DNA from: Candidatus Margulisiibacteriota bacterium
Lineage (GTDB): Bacteria > Margulisbacteria > Termititenacia > CAZZFK01
Direction of reading: 5' to 3'
DNA: 64,000 bases
Assembly: GCA_042562495.1 (NCBI GenBank)
Contig: JBHPMC010000001.1
Span: 41,983-105,982 of the forward strand
Part shown: positions 10,898-21,058 of the stretch, one piece after another
How positions within the stretch are numbered: position 1 is the first letter of the stretch
How the letters are laid out: each line of letters starts with the position of its first letter
Translations under genes and position numbers: made by a program
The notes under the pieces: generated by a model
What the model was told of the DNA's origin: nothing
Seen by the model: the letters and a program-made list of their open reading frames with translations, nothing else
Database searches by the model: none

Positions 10898-13800
10898 CTA
10901 TATATTCTTCACAAGCACTTTTTCATTTTCTTTATTTATAATATCTTGATGATACTCTTGCAAGGATTTTACTTCCGGGGCTTTCCCCTGATAAGCCTCG
11001 ATCCCCTTGGCTGCAGCAAGCGCGGCTGCTATGGTTGTGACATACGGGATCTTATGCTTAATGGCTGCTTTGCGTATGTAAGAATCATCGTCTTGGCTTA
11101 TTTTTCCACTAGGAGTATTGATAATAAGCTGGATCTCCCCATTCTCAATAGCGTCTACAATATTAGGTCGGCCTTCGTGCATTTTAAAGACCACTTCAGC
11201 AGCAATGCCGTTTTCTGATAATAATTGCTGTGTTCCCCGTGTAGCTAATATTTTAAAACCGATCTTTTTAAAAGCTTGAGCGACCTTTATTACAGCTTTC
11301 TTGTCAGTATCAGAAACTGTTATCAATGCCGTTCCCGACGAGGGCAAGCAAGCATTTGCCGCATCCTGTGCTTTATAAAAAGCTAGCCCAAAAGAATCTG
11401 CTAGCCCCAGAACCTCACCTGTAGAACGCATTTCTGGCCCCAAAATTGGATCAACTTCATGATACATATTAAACGGGAACACCGCCTCTTTGACCCCAAA
11501 ATGATCTGCGTTCTTGTTTTCCGGCTTTAAAGAAGATAGCTTTTTGCCCAACAAAAGCTGAGTCGCTATTTTTACCATGTTTATTCCACACACCTTAGAC
11601 ACCAAGGGTACTGTCCTGGAAGCCCTGGGATTTGCTTCTAAGATATAAACCTTATCGTCAGCAATAGCATATTGAATATTCATTAATCCGACCACTTTAA
11701 ATTCTATAGCGATCTTTTTTGTATATTCCCTTATCGTCTTAAGATGTTTCTCTGGGATATTTACCGAAGGTAGCACACAGGCTGAATCGCCGGAGTGTAC
11801 GCCGGCTTGTTCGATATGTTCCATAATGGAAGGAATAAAAACATCTTTGCCATCTGAGATGGCATCTGTTTCAACCTCCATGGCATTTTCTAGGAATTTG
11901 TCTATCAACAAAGGTCTCTCCGGAGATACGTCTACGGCCTTGGCAACATAATGACGCAGCATTTCTTCGTCATGAATAACTTCCATCGCCCGCCCGCCCA
12001 GCACAAAAGAAGGCCGCACCATCAAGGGATAGCCGATCTTATCCGCAACATTCAGAGCCTCGTCAACCGTGCTGGCCATTCCAGATTCGGGCTGAGGAAT
12101 ATTTAATTTTTCCATTTTCCGGCGGAATTTATCGCGATCTTCTGCTAAAGCAATGGTGCCGGTGGATGTGCCAAGGATACGAACGCCTTCTTGCTCCAGC
12201 TCCTCGGCAATATTCAGCGGAGTTTGGCCTCCAAACTGGACGATCGCTCCTTCCGGTTTTTCTTTTTGGTAGATACTAAGAACATCTTCTACGGTCAGTG
12301 GTTCAAAATATAATTTGTCGGACGTGTCGTAATCTGTAGAAACGGTCTCCGGATTACAATTGACCATAATGGTCTCATAGCCTTCCTCTTTTAAAGCAAA
12401 AGCCGTGTGCACACAACAATAATCGAACTCGATCCCCTGGCCAATACGATTGGGCCCGCCACCCAGCACTAGGATCTTTTTACTGCTACTGGAACTTACT
12501 TTATCAGAAGCATTATATGTAGAAAAATAATACGCCGCATTTTCAACTCCACTTATCGGCACGGGCTCCCACCCCTCGGTGATCCCCAGCTTGGCCCGCT
12601 GCTGTCTTATTTCTTTTTCGGGAATATTTAATATTTTTGCCAGATATTTGTCTGCAAATCCATCTTTTTTTACTTGAGTTAAGAGCTCGTCCGGCAAATT
12701 CTTGCCTTTGAACTTAAGCACTTTTTCTTCAAGCTCTACAAGCTCCTTCATTTGCTCAACAAACCAGGCTTTTTGATGGGTTCGATTGACAATCTCTTCA
12801 ACGGCAGCGCCTTTGCGCAACGCTTCATATATAAGGAATTGTCTTTCGCTGGAAGGAGTAACGATCTTTTCTAATAATGTCTGTAACGGCAATTCGGAAA
12901 AATCCTTGGCAAATCCCAGGCCATAACGTCCGTTCTCCAGTGACCTTATTGCTTTTTGAAAAGCTTCTTTATAATTTTTTCCAATGCTCATGACTTCGCC
13001 TACGGCACGCATCTGGGTGCCCAGCTTATCTTCTGCCCCTTTAAATTTTTCAAATGCCCAGCGTGCAAATTTAACCACCACGTAATCACCAGCCGGTGTA
13101 TATTTCTCTAGGGTGCCGTCGCGCCAATAGGGGATTTCATCCATGGTAAGTCCGCAGGCAAGCATTGAAGATATCAAGGCAATAGGAAATCCAGTAGCCT
13201 TTGATGCCAAGGCAGATGAACGCGAAGTCCGCGGATTGATCTCGATGACGACGACTCGTCCGGTTTTTGGATCGTGGGCAAACTGAACATTCGTGCCCCC
13301 GATCACCCCAATGGCATCAACAATATCATAAGAATATTTTTGGAGACGCGCTTGTAATTCTTTGCTGATAGTTAACATTGGCGCAGTACAGTATGAATCC
13401 CCCGTATGGATACCCATGGGATCTACATTTTCAATAAAACAAACCGTTATCTTATTGTTTTTAGCATCACGCACCACTTCCAGCTCTAGCTCTTCCCAAC
13501 CCAGCACAGATTCTTCTACTAAGACCTGCCCCACTGGGCTTGCAGATAATCCGCGTGCCGCTACGGTACGCAGCTCTTCTTTGTTATATACTAAGCCCCC
13601 GCCTGTGCCGCCCATTGTATATGCCGGACGTAAGACTACCGGATAACCCAATTCCTCTGCTATTGATTCGGCTTCTTCCACGCTTTGGGAAGGCTTGCTT
13701 CTGGGCATATCTATGCCCAGCTTGTTCATGGTCTCTTTAAAAACAATGCGGTCTTCCCCACGCTCAATAGCATCCATGTTGACCCCAATTACCTGAACCC

Positions 13801-14134
13801 CATATTTATCTAAGATACCTTTTTTATATAGCGCAGAAGAAAGGTTAAGCCCTGTTTGCCCGCCAAGGTTCGGCAATAAAGCATCTGGCCGCTCTTTAAT
13901 AATGATCTCTTCCAATGTTTTGATATTCAAAGGCTCAATATAGGTAACATCTGCCATTGCAGGATCGGTCATAATTGTTGCTGGATTAGAATTCACTAAT
14001 ACTATTTTATAGCCTAAGCTGCGCAAGGCCTTACATGCCTGTGTGCCGGAATAATCAAATTCGCAAGCCTGTCCAATAATGACCGGACCTGAACCAATAA
14101 TTAATACTTTCTTAATATCTGTCCTTTTAGGCAT
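10898..14134 (-). CDS. carB: carbamoyl-phosphate synthase large subunit, paralog 2 (1078 aa)
   Basis: Full-length CarB architecture. N-terminus is nearly identical in motif content to paralog 1; the oligomerisation region is longer. Confidence 0.95.
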   Translation of the reverse strand: MPKRTDIKKVLIIGSGPVIIGQACEFDYSGTQACKALRSLGYKIVLVNSNPATIMTDPAMADVTYIEPLNIKTLEEIIIKERPDALLPNLGGQTGLNLSSALYKKGILDKYGVQVIGVNMDAIERGEDRIVFKETMNKLGIDMPRSKPSQSVEEAESIAEELGYPVVLRPAYTMGGTGGGLVYNKEELRTVAARGLSASPVGQVLVEESVLGWEELELEVVRDAKNNKITVCFIENVDPMGIHTGDSYCTAPMLTISKELQARLQKYSYDIVDAIGVIGGTNVQFAHDPKTGRVVVIEINPRTSRSSALASKATGFPIALISSMLACGLTMDEIPYWRDGTLEKYTPAGDYVVVKFARWAFEKFKGAEDKLGTQMRAVGEVMSIGKNYKEAFQKAIRSLENGRYGLGFAKDFSELPLQTLLEKIVTPSSERQFLIYEALRKGAAVEEIVNRTHQKAWFVEQMKELVELEEKVLKFKGKNLPDELLTQVKKDGFADKYLAKILNIPEKEIRQQRAKLGITEGWEPVPISGVENAAYYFSTYNASDKVSSSSSKKILVLGGGPNRIGQGIEFDYCCVHTAFALKEEGYETIMVNCNPETVSTDYDTSDKLYFEPLTVEDVLSIYQKEKPEGAIVQFGGQTPLNIAEELEQEGVRILGTSTGTIALAEDRDKFRRKMEKLNIPQPESGMASTVDEALNVADKIGYPLMVRPSFVLGGRAMEVIHDEEMLRHYVAKAVDVSPERPLLIDKFLENAMEVETDAISDGKDVFIPSIMEHIEQAGVHSGDSACVLPSVNIPEKHLKTIREYTKKIAIEFKVVGLMNIQYAIADDKVYILEANPRASRTVPLVSKVCGINMVKIATQLLLGKKLSSLKPENKNADHFGVKEAVFPFNMYHEVDPILGPEMRSTGEVLGLADSFGLAFYKAQDAANACLPSSGTALITVSDTDKKAVIKVAQAFKKIGFKILATRGTQQLLSENGIAAEVVFKMHEGRPNIVDAIENGEIQLIINTPSGKISQDDDSYIRKAAIKHKIPYVTTIAAALAAAKGIEAYQGKAPEVKSLQEYHQDIINKENEKVLVKNI

Positions 14135-14136
14135 GC

Positions 14137-14868
14137 TTATTCTTTCCGCAATTTGAGATAAATGCTTGGACCAAATCTAACAAAACCTAATGGGGTTTGC
14201 AATAGATTTTCTAGCCATAATAAAACCCCGGGACCAAATAACTGCTTAAGAAAGCTCCATCGAAAATTTGAAACACTTAGCACCTTTTCGATCCTAAAGC
14301 CTGCTTTTTGACACAGCTTTTCAATATAGGCAGGATGATAATTATAAAAACCTTTTTGATTCCGGTCGGAAACATTATGTTTGAATGGGTTCATTTTTGA
14401 ACGCCCTATTAAAAATCGGCCAATTTCCTTAAAATTCCTTTTGTTGGCATACTCTAGAACGAACACTCCTTTCGGCCTTAATACTCGGGCTGCCTCTGCC
14501 AAGACCTTTTCAATTTTTTCCAAATGGTGGGAAACACGCACCATTAACACCGTGTCCGTGAACAAGGCATCGTAAGGCAAGCTATTGATATCCCCTTGTT
14601 GAAAGGAAAACCTTTCTGTATCTTGGTGCTTTTTCTTGGCCTGTTCCAATAAATTGTCTGCATAATCAAATAGGGTGATCTTTTGAAAACGATCTTGATA
14701 AACTTCCGCAAGCCGCCCAAATCCTGCGCCTAACTCAAGGATAGAGACGCCTTGTTCCGGCAATAGCTTAAGGACCGCGATTTTATCCGCCCCGTCCTCA
14801 TATTCGCGTTTTTGGTCCTGCCAAAACTCCTGCTTATAATCAGTATCTGAATAGTCACAAATTGGCAT
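14137..14868 (-). CDS. class I SAM-dependent methyltransferase
   Basis: 243-aa ORF. ILELGAGFGRL glycine-rich SAM motif I and VLRPKGVFVL post-motif. Confidence 0.7.
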   Translation of the reverse strand: MPICDYSDTDYKQEFWQDQKREYEDGADKIAVLKLLPEQGVSILELGAGFGRLAEVYQDRFQKITLFDYADNLLEQAKKKHQDTERFSFQQGDINSLPYDALFTDTVLMVRVSHHLEKIEKVLAEAARVLRPKGVFVLEYANKRNFKEIGRFLIGRSKMNPFKHNVSDRNQKGFYNYHPAYIEKLCQKAGFRIEKVLSVSNFRWSFLKQLFGPGVLLWLENLLQTPLGFVRFGPSIYLKLRKE

Positions 14869-15058
14869 AATAGCGGGAATTATAGCATGTCCCAGATCAT
14901 GTAAATATTGATCCTGATCAAATTTAGTGAAATTTTTTTCAGAAACTATCGATATCTTAGTGAATAATCCTTTTTTGCTTTTAAAAGGGGTTTTAGGGGG
15001 TAAGAAAGCAAAGTTTTCTTGCTCTAAAATAAAAAAACATACATGCCCGGAGGGCTAA

Positions 15059-18000
15059 ATGGGAAATCTTATTAAAAAGATAATTTCTTTTCCTTCTTCT
15101 ACCGAAGCAATAAATCCGCTTACAAGCGAGAAGTATCTGCCAACAAAACCTGGTAAAACTTTTGCGCTTTCTTTGATCAACGCACAGTTTGCCCGGGGCG
15201 AGGCCGCAGTGCTAACTCCTCATGGCTATTCTGAGATCGGCCTTGAGGCAACCATTGATCAAAAAAGAAAGCTTTTGCTGGAGGCGATCCCCGAAGTGCG
15301 CATCCAGGCCCAGCTGCTTATAAACAGCGTGGCCTTAAAAAAAGAGCTCCTAGAAGAGCTGCTAACCCACCTCGACCACGCCAAGAGACAAGGCCTTTCG
15401 CCAAAAAAGACATCCCAAGACCTCCAGGCAATCGTTAAGAAGTGGGAAGGAATCTGCGCCGCAAAGCTAGCTAACAACGCTAAAGACCTTAACAAGGAAT
15501 TGGTTGAGCTCGTTGAAAAATCAAAATATGATGATTTAAAGGAAGGCGCCGAGAGCAGGATTGAAGCGCTGTTCGTTAGAAAAGCAGAAAAATGCAAGAT
15601 CCAAGTAGGAGAAAAATTTCTCAAAACCCTATCCCATGAGCTCAGCTCTAATACAGACAATCTTGCCCACATTAAAAGCTATCTTAATGCTGCATACACA
15701 AACATCAACAAGCTTGCCGATTATTATGGCGGGCAATCTGCCTTTACTTCATACCTAAAAGAATTTTGCCGGATCCTAACTGTAAAAAAAGACGTGTTTA
15801 AAACCCTGGAAGAGCCCATCGATATTGACGAATTCCTGAGCAAGAAAGAAACCCTGCCCAAGATCATTGTTGAGCTTGGCGATGTCTTGGGCTCGCAAAA
15901 AAGAGAAGAGGTCGTAAGAGACATTTTTGATGGCCGGGCTAACAAGCTCCTTGCCGAGGATATTCCCTTTAAAGAACGAGAATACAACTGGGGTGAAGAG
16001 ATCTCTAATGCGGCAGGATTTTTTGCAAAATTTCTAGACAAGAATTTCTTGCAAGGAAATTCCTTGCCCCAAAATCCGATCATTTTTGCCAAAGAGCTTT
16101 CCCCGGTTGATTATGCCTTGCTTCCAATGGATGTCTTAGGCGTTGTTTTGTCCAAATGCAGCCCGCTTTCTCATATTGCCGTGGTTTCCAAGGGAAGCTC
16201 TCGGGCAGTGGTCACCAACAGAACGCTGTTGGCCAAACTCGAGGTTGAGAATGGGGATAGCATCCTGATCAATCCTGTCCGCAAAACAATAACGATCAAT
16301 CCAAACATTGATCAAGCCAAGGCGTTTTTTAAAGATAGGGCCCTCTTCTCTGAAAACAACGAGCTCAACAAGCTTTCGGAAACCTTTGTCTATGGCAAAA
16401 CCCCGGTTTCTTTGGATAACCGCGATCTTTCCCTTTCTGTTATTGTTAATACTCTTGCGGACATAAAACAGCTCAGAGAAATTGCCGAGGATCAGCAAAA
16501 TGATAGGCAGACTAAACAGCGCCAAAAAGATATCGGGCTTATCCGCCAAGAGCTATTGTTGGAGCTGGGAGACAGTCGTGGCCTTCCTTCTCTGGCAGAA
16601 TATTTTATGTTTAATTTTTACGCGGTCTCAACTGCCGACAAAGAGGTTGTTTTTAGAACTTTAGATATAAACGATACGGATAAAAGCACTTTTCGAGGAG
16701 AGGCCGCTCAGGGCAAATATGGCCTCGACTGGGACCTTGCTCATCCGGTTAATTTTAAAAACGAGATCAAGGCTTTTTACTATAGTGCAAACTTATGCCC
16801 AGAAAAACAGGTAAAGATAGTATTCCCGCAGGTCTACAATGCGGAGCAGGTAAAGGCAGCGCGCCGCCTGGTAAGACAGGCCGAAAAAGAGCTGCTTAAA
16901 GATGATGCTAAAACTTTCCCGGGCAAAAAGATGCCTAAAAACATATCCTTTGGGATCATGGTAGAAGATGCGCGCCTTGTTAAAAAGAATTTTAATGAGC
17001 TTAAAAAGATCTTGGCCCTTGGCTGGATCAAACACCTGCGTATCGGCGGCAACGATTTTTGCTGCAGCATCCTAGGCAAGAAAAGAGATGCTCTTTTAGA
17101 AAGCGACTTCTATTCGCCTAAGTTCCTGCGGGCGCTAAACGATCTGGTGTCTTTTGTTTCCAAAGAATACCCCGGGATCCGCATCGGCTTTTGCGGCCAT
17201 GCCGCCTCGGACAAAAACAAGCTGCCGACCCTGACAGGGCTTGGCTTAAGCGAATTTGCCGTTGGCCTGGACAGCTATTACTCTTCCAAGATGCGGATCA
17301 TCCGTGAGCTGCATGTTTCTGCTTGGCAAAAAGAAGTGGCCAAGTTACTTTCGTCAAATCTTTCGAAAAAAGAGCTTCAGGCGCGTCTTTCTCCGGAGCT
17401 TTTTATCAACATGAACAACAACAATGAGCTGACCTTTTTAAGACAATTTAAAGAGACAAAGGATGCACACGACGAGCTTCAGGCTGCCCACAAAGAACTC
17501 CAGCAAAGCCACGAAGAAATAGAATCCTTGTCTTCCAAGCTAACGAGCGATAATGAGATCCTTAACCTCTTCTTTAACATGGTAGCCTTTTTAAAGAAAA
17601 ACAGGCTTGACCACCCGGACAACCTAGAAAAAGCCTATGCACTCTTGTGGCGATATTCAGAAGTAAAATCTTTCTTCCAGACCGGGGAAGACTTGGTGCC
17701 GGACAAAATATTCACACGCCTACCAGAGGATTCCATGGGAATAAAAACAGCCAAGGAATATGTCAGCCTGGTTAAGACCGACAACTATATGAAGACTGTT
17801 TTTGCAGAGCAGGGGCCAAGTGGCGGCCATGTTCATAAAATGAAAGAGCTGTCTTTTGAAGACAAGCTCCTCCTCGAATACGCAACCAAGATATTTTCTC
17901 TTAAGGTAGATGATCCTCAGGAAATATTTAAGGCAGGCTCGCCGGATGAGGCCTCAGAAGTTGGCGGATATCTGGACGAGGGAAAGAACGTTTATGTATA

Positions 18001-18850
18001 TTTAGACATAAATACTCAGCGCCCCGTTGGCCTTTGTATCAGGAATCTGGATAAATATATTGAGGCCCACTATAAAGACAAAGACGATGCTGACTTGAAG
18101 AAAAAGCTGCTTGGTCTTCGCGCAGAAAAAAAGAAAAAATATCCCGGAGACGATGGGTCTACTATATTCTGGAAGATCCCACATCATCTGGAAGGCCACG
18201 GCGCTAGCCACAAAATACTTCGCTTTTCCAGAGAAATAGATTCTACAAATATTTATAAGCTTTGTGGCACCAAGCCCAATGGTGTTTTCCCGAAAAGCAC
18301 CGATGCTAATAACCCGGGCTTTTTTGCAGACATCAATAGCAACTACATCCCGCAGTTCGTTAGCTCTCCGGAAAAGACCAAAAAGAAAGCTTTGCGCAAA
18401 GCAGGAAAATCCTCTGCTGAGCCCAAGAAAAAAGATCCTGGCGCCCCATTAAAAAAAGAAATTCTTGGTGGAACGGAAAAAAACAGGGTTAAAATAAAGT
18501 ATGCCCAGGTCGTTTCTCCGGAAGGCATGATCGCCCTTGCTTCAGAAAAATTTGTGCTTGGGCTGCCCGCAGGGATACATGCCCGCCCCGCTACAGATCT
18601 TGCCATGCTATTGGGAACGCTCCCTGTAGTCCTGGCTAACGAAGACGGGATTGAATTCACCAACCAGGGCATAATGGATTGGCTTGCTTGTGGTCCGAAA
18701 TTTCTGCCAAAAAAGAAGCTCACCCTCTCCTGCACATTTGAGTCCAAGGACCTCGCAAAAAATGAAGCGCTGTTTATAAAGGCGCTTGAATATTTAAGCA
18801 ATGACGACGATGACTACCTAAAAGATCATCTCAAGAACGCAAAAGGATAA
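15059..18850 (+). CDS. giant PEP-utilizing Enzyme I-like protein fused to a C-terminal HPr-like domain, with a helical N-terminal extension of about 340 aa and a central region of about 360 aa of unknown function
   Basis: Residues 345-425 (LLPMDVLGVVLSKCSPLSHIAVVSKGSSRAVV...ILINPVRK) match the EI phosphohistidine swivel domain with a candidate His372 (nt 16172-16174). VFRTLDI, FGIMVEDA, RIGGNDFCCSILG and IGFCGHAASD align to the EI PEP-binding TIM-barrel motifs (LFRTEF, GIMIE, IGTNDLTQYTLA, CGE). The C-terminal 1145-1250 has GLPAGIHARPATDLAMLLG, the HPr His15 signature (His codon 18578-18580), followed by an HPr-like fold pattern. Confidence 0.7.
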   Translation: MGNLIKKIISFPSSTEAINPLTSEKYLPTKPGKTFALSLINAQFARGEAAVLTPHGYSEIGLEATIDQKRKLLLEAIPEVRIQAQLLINSVALKKELLEELLTHLDHAKRQGLSPKKTSQDLQAIVKKWEGICAAKLANNAKDLNKELVELVEKSKYDDLKEGAESRIEALFVRKAEKCKIQVGEKFLKTLSHELSSNTDNLAHIKSYLNAAYTNINKLADYYGGQSAFTSYLKEFCRILTVKKDVFKTLEEPIDIDEFLSKKETLPKIIVELGDVLGSQKREEVVRDIFDGRANKLLAEDIPFKEREYNWGEEISNAAGFFAKFLDKNFLQGNSLPQNPIIFAKELSPVDYALLPMDVLGVVLSKCSPLSHIAVVSKGSSRAVVTNRTLLAKLEVENGDSILINPVRKTITINPNIDQAKAFFKDRALFSENNELNKLSETFVYGKTPVSLDNRDLSLSVIVNTLADIKQLREIAEDQQNDRQTKQRQKDIGLIRQELLLELGDSRGLPSLAEYFMFNFYAVSTADKEVVFRTLDINDTDKSTFRGEAAQGKYGLDWDLAHPVNFKNEIKAFYYSANLCPEKQVKIVFPQVYNAEQVKAARRLVRQAEKELLKDDAKTFPGKKMPKNISFGIMVEDARLVKKNFNELKKILALGWIKHLRIGGNDFCCSILGKKRDALLESDFYSPKFLRALNDLVSFVSKEYPGIRIGFCGHAASDKNKLPTLTGLGLSEFAVGLDSYYSSKMRIIRELHVSAWQKEVAKLLSSNLSKKELQARLSPELFINMNNNNELTFLRQFKETKDAHDELQAAHKELQQSHEEIESLSSKLTSDNEILNLFFNMVAFLKKNRLDHPDNLEKAYALLWRYSEVKSFFQTGEDLVPDKIFTRLPEDSMGIKTAKEYVSLVKTDNYMKTVFAEQGPSGGHVHKMKELSFEDKLLLEYATKIFSLKVDDPQEIFKAGSPDEASEVGGYLDEGKNVYVYLDINTQRPVGLCIRNLDKYIEAHYKDKDDADLKKKLLGLRAEKKKKYPGDDGSTIFWKIPHHLEGHGASHKILRFSREIDSTNIYKLCGTKPNGVFPKSTDANNPGFFADINSNYIPQFVSSPEKTKKKALRKAGKSSAEPKKKDPGAPLKKEILGGTEKNRVKIKYAQVVSPEGMIALASEKFVLGLPAGIHARPATDLAMLLGTLPVVLANEDGIEFTNQGIMDWLACGPKFLPKKKLTLSCTFESKDLAKNEALFIKALEYLSNDDDDYLKDHLKNAKG

Positions 18851-19054
18851 GGTTTTTAGCTTTATAGCCCTCTTTTCCAAAATAACGCCAACTTTCTTGA
18901 ATAAGCCCGGGATTTAACACAAAGGCCTATATTTTTTAATAAATAGCCAAAGATTTTGCCTTTAGCTAGTGGGGTTTGCTGTATTTTTAAGAGCTTTTTA
19001 AACAATGGGGGTGTTTTTGGGTCATAGCTCCGTCTTTTTGCCAAAATCCGCGCC

Positions 19055-20410
19055 CTATTTGCCTACACAAAAATTATCAAAAATGTGATTTATAACTTCA
19101 TCAGAAACTTCATCGCCTGTTATTTCGCCCAGGGCAACTATCGCGGCCTTGATATCGATCGTCAAGAGATCTTGGACAACACCTTCGGCCAAGGCTTTTT
19201 CAACACGACGCAAGGCTTGTTCGGCCTCAAGCAGCCGCTCCTTTTGGCGGGCCTCCATAATGATCGGGGAAGAAGATTCCCTTTGCTCAAGAACCCCCGC
19301 TTGCTTGACCATCCTTTTCTCAAGAAGCCTTATTCCCTGTCCCGTTTTTGCAGAAACGCGAATGTCTGCGGCATTGTTCTTTTTTTTGTTGGCCAGATCT
19401 TGCTTGTTGCCCACAACCAGAACGGCAACTCCCCTGCCCTTTAATTCATTTATTTTTTCTTTTTCCTTTTTTGAAAGTTTTTTACTAACGTCCACTACAA
19501 ACAGTACCAGATCGGCAGTCTCTACATGCGCCAATGTTTTTTCTATGCCTATGCGTTCGACATGGCCCGGGTCGTGCCGCAGGCCTGCGGTATCGATAAG
19601 CCTTACCGGAACACCGCTTAGCGTTATTACATCTTCTATGGCATCTCGTGTTGTGCCGGGAATTTCTGTAACAATAGCTTTTGAATCGCCCACAAGGCAG
19701 TTCAGCAGGCTGGACTTGCCAACATTGGGCGCCCCGGCAATAACAACCTTCAATCCCTCTTTTAATAAAACTCCCCGCTTGTTCGTCTCGAGCAGCACCC
19801 TGGTCTTTGCCAACGCGTTACCCACTTGTTTTTTTAATGACTTTTTTGGTAGCTCTGTTAGCTCGTCTGGATAGTCCAAGGCAGCCTCAATCCTGGCTAA
19901 CAGCGCAACTAGCGTATATCGAATGTTTTTTGTTTCTTTAGAAAGTGCGCCCTCAAGGTGCAATAGCGCCGCCTGCGCAGCCTCAGTCGTGTTTGCAGAA
20001 ACTAGCTGGGCCACTGCCTCGGCCTGAGCCAGGTCTATCCTGCCTGCCAAAAAAGCCCTCTTGGTAAATTCCCCGCGGGCTGCAAGGCGCGCGCCATATT
20101 TAATTGCGGTGTTCAATAAACGATGGACGACCACCGGATTCCCGTGAGCGCTTATCTCTACAACGTCTTCTCCCGTATAGGTTTTTGGGCCCTTCATTGC
20201 CCACACTAGGGATTCGTCGATCTTTTTATTTTCCGGATCGAATATCGGGGCAAAGCAGACCTTGCGGGAGGAAAAGCTCTTTTTGTTTTTTTGTTTACAA
20301 AGTCTCTGTAATAAAAAAAACGATTTGGGTCCCGAGATGCGCACAAGCGCAACTCCGCTGCGGCCCGGAGGTGTTGCTAAAGCAATGATCGTATCTTGGG
20401 AGGCGGACAC
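19055..20410 (-). CDS. mnmE: tRNA modification GTPase MnmE
   Basis: 451-aa ORF. G-domain motifs GAPNVGKSSLLN and DTAGLR. C-terminal CVGK motif. Confidence 0.9.
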   Translation of the reverse strand: MSASQDTIIALATPPGRSGVALVRISGPKSFFLLQRLCKQKNKKSFSSRKVCFAPIFDPENKKIDESLVWAMKGPKTYTGEDVVEISAHGNPVVVHRLLNTAIKYGARLAARGEFTKRAFLAGRIDLAQAEAVAQLVSANTTEAAQAALLHLEGALSKETKNIRYTLVALLARIEAALDYPDELTELPKKSLKKQVGNALAKTRVLLETNKRGVLLKEGLKVVIAGAPNVGKSSLLNCLVGDSKAIVTEIPGTTRDAIEDVITLSGVPVRLIDTAGLRHDPGHVERIGIEKTLAHVETADLVLFVVDVSKKLSKKEKEKINELKGRGVAVLVVGNKQDLANKKKNNAADIRVSAKTGQGIRLLEKRMVKQAGVLEQRESSSPIIMEARQKERLLEAEQALRRVEKALAEGVVQDLLTIDIKAAIVALGEITGDEVSDEVINHIFDNFCVGK

Positions 20411-20436
20411 CTGCGCTCCTTTGGCCCGCTGGGGCC

Positions 20437-21057
20437 CTATTTGTTTTCTTCGACAGGAGCCTCTTCTTGTTGTGTGGACTCTGTATTTTCCGGCGCCATT
20501 CCTGGGGCAACTATTAGCCTGCGCGATTGTCTCTCGCCCGTGCTATAAGTATGCACGTCTTTTCTGTTCGACAGCTCCGCATGGATAACCCTACGCTCGT
20601 TGGCGCCCATTGGCTCTAGCTCCACGGGCTTTTGTTGGTGGACTGCCATTTGGGCAGCATCCTTGGCTATTCTGCATAAAGTTTGTTCCCTGCGATAACG
20701 ATAATCATTTGCATCGATCTTCACTAAAACTCGGGAGGCTTTCTGTTTGCTTAAGATCCCGCCGATCAGACATTGGAGAGCATTCAGCGTGGCGCCCTCC
20801 TTGCCAATAAGCCGCCCCATTTCTTCTCCTTGCATATCTAAATACAGGATCCCCTGGTCATCTTCTCGAGCCTTTATCTTTGGAGAAAAGCCCATCTTGC
20901 TCAATATTCCCTGGAGCTTTTCTACGCCGGTCTCGGCCAAAGGCGAAAGCTTTTTATCTGGCGCAGCTTGTTCTGGCGCCTGGTCTTCCTCGGCGATCGG
21001 CACTGGCTCCTTTTTTTCGTTTTTTTTCTTACCAAAAATCCCAAAAATTTCTTTCAT
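20437..21057 (-). CDS. jag: RNA-binding protein Jag/KhpB (KH plus R3H domains)
   Basis: MKEIFGIFGKKK... start chosen inside the longer ORF. ANERRVIHAEL is an R3H motif. Classic position after yidC. Confidence 0.8.
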   Translation of the reverse strand: MKEIFGIFGKKKNEKKEPVPIAEEDQAPEQAAPDKKLSPLAETGVEKLQGILSKMGFSPKIKAREDDQGILYLDMQGEEMGRLIGKEGATLNALQCLIGGILSKQKASRVLVKIDANDYRYRREQTLCRIAKDAAQMAVHQQKPVELEPMGANERRVIHAELSNRKDVHTYSTGERQSRRLIVAPGMAPENTESTQQEEAPVEENK

Positions 21058-21058
21058 A

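Noticed and set aside
7877-13740. Antisense ORFs inside the two carB genes
   Set aside because: Same reasoning: they are embedded in the strongly conserved CarB frames.
18862-19044. 60-aa minus-strand ORF between the EI-like gene and mnmE
   Set aside because: Arg/Lys-rich junk-like translation with no RBS, sitting in the convergent terminator region.
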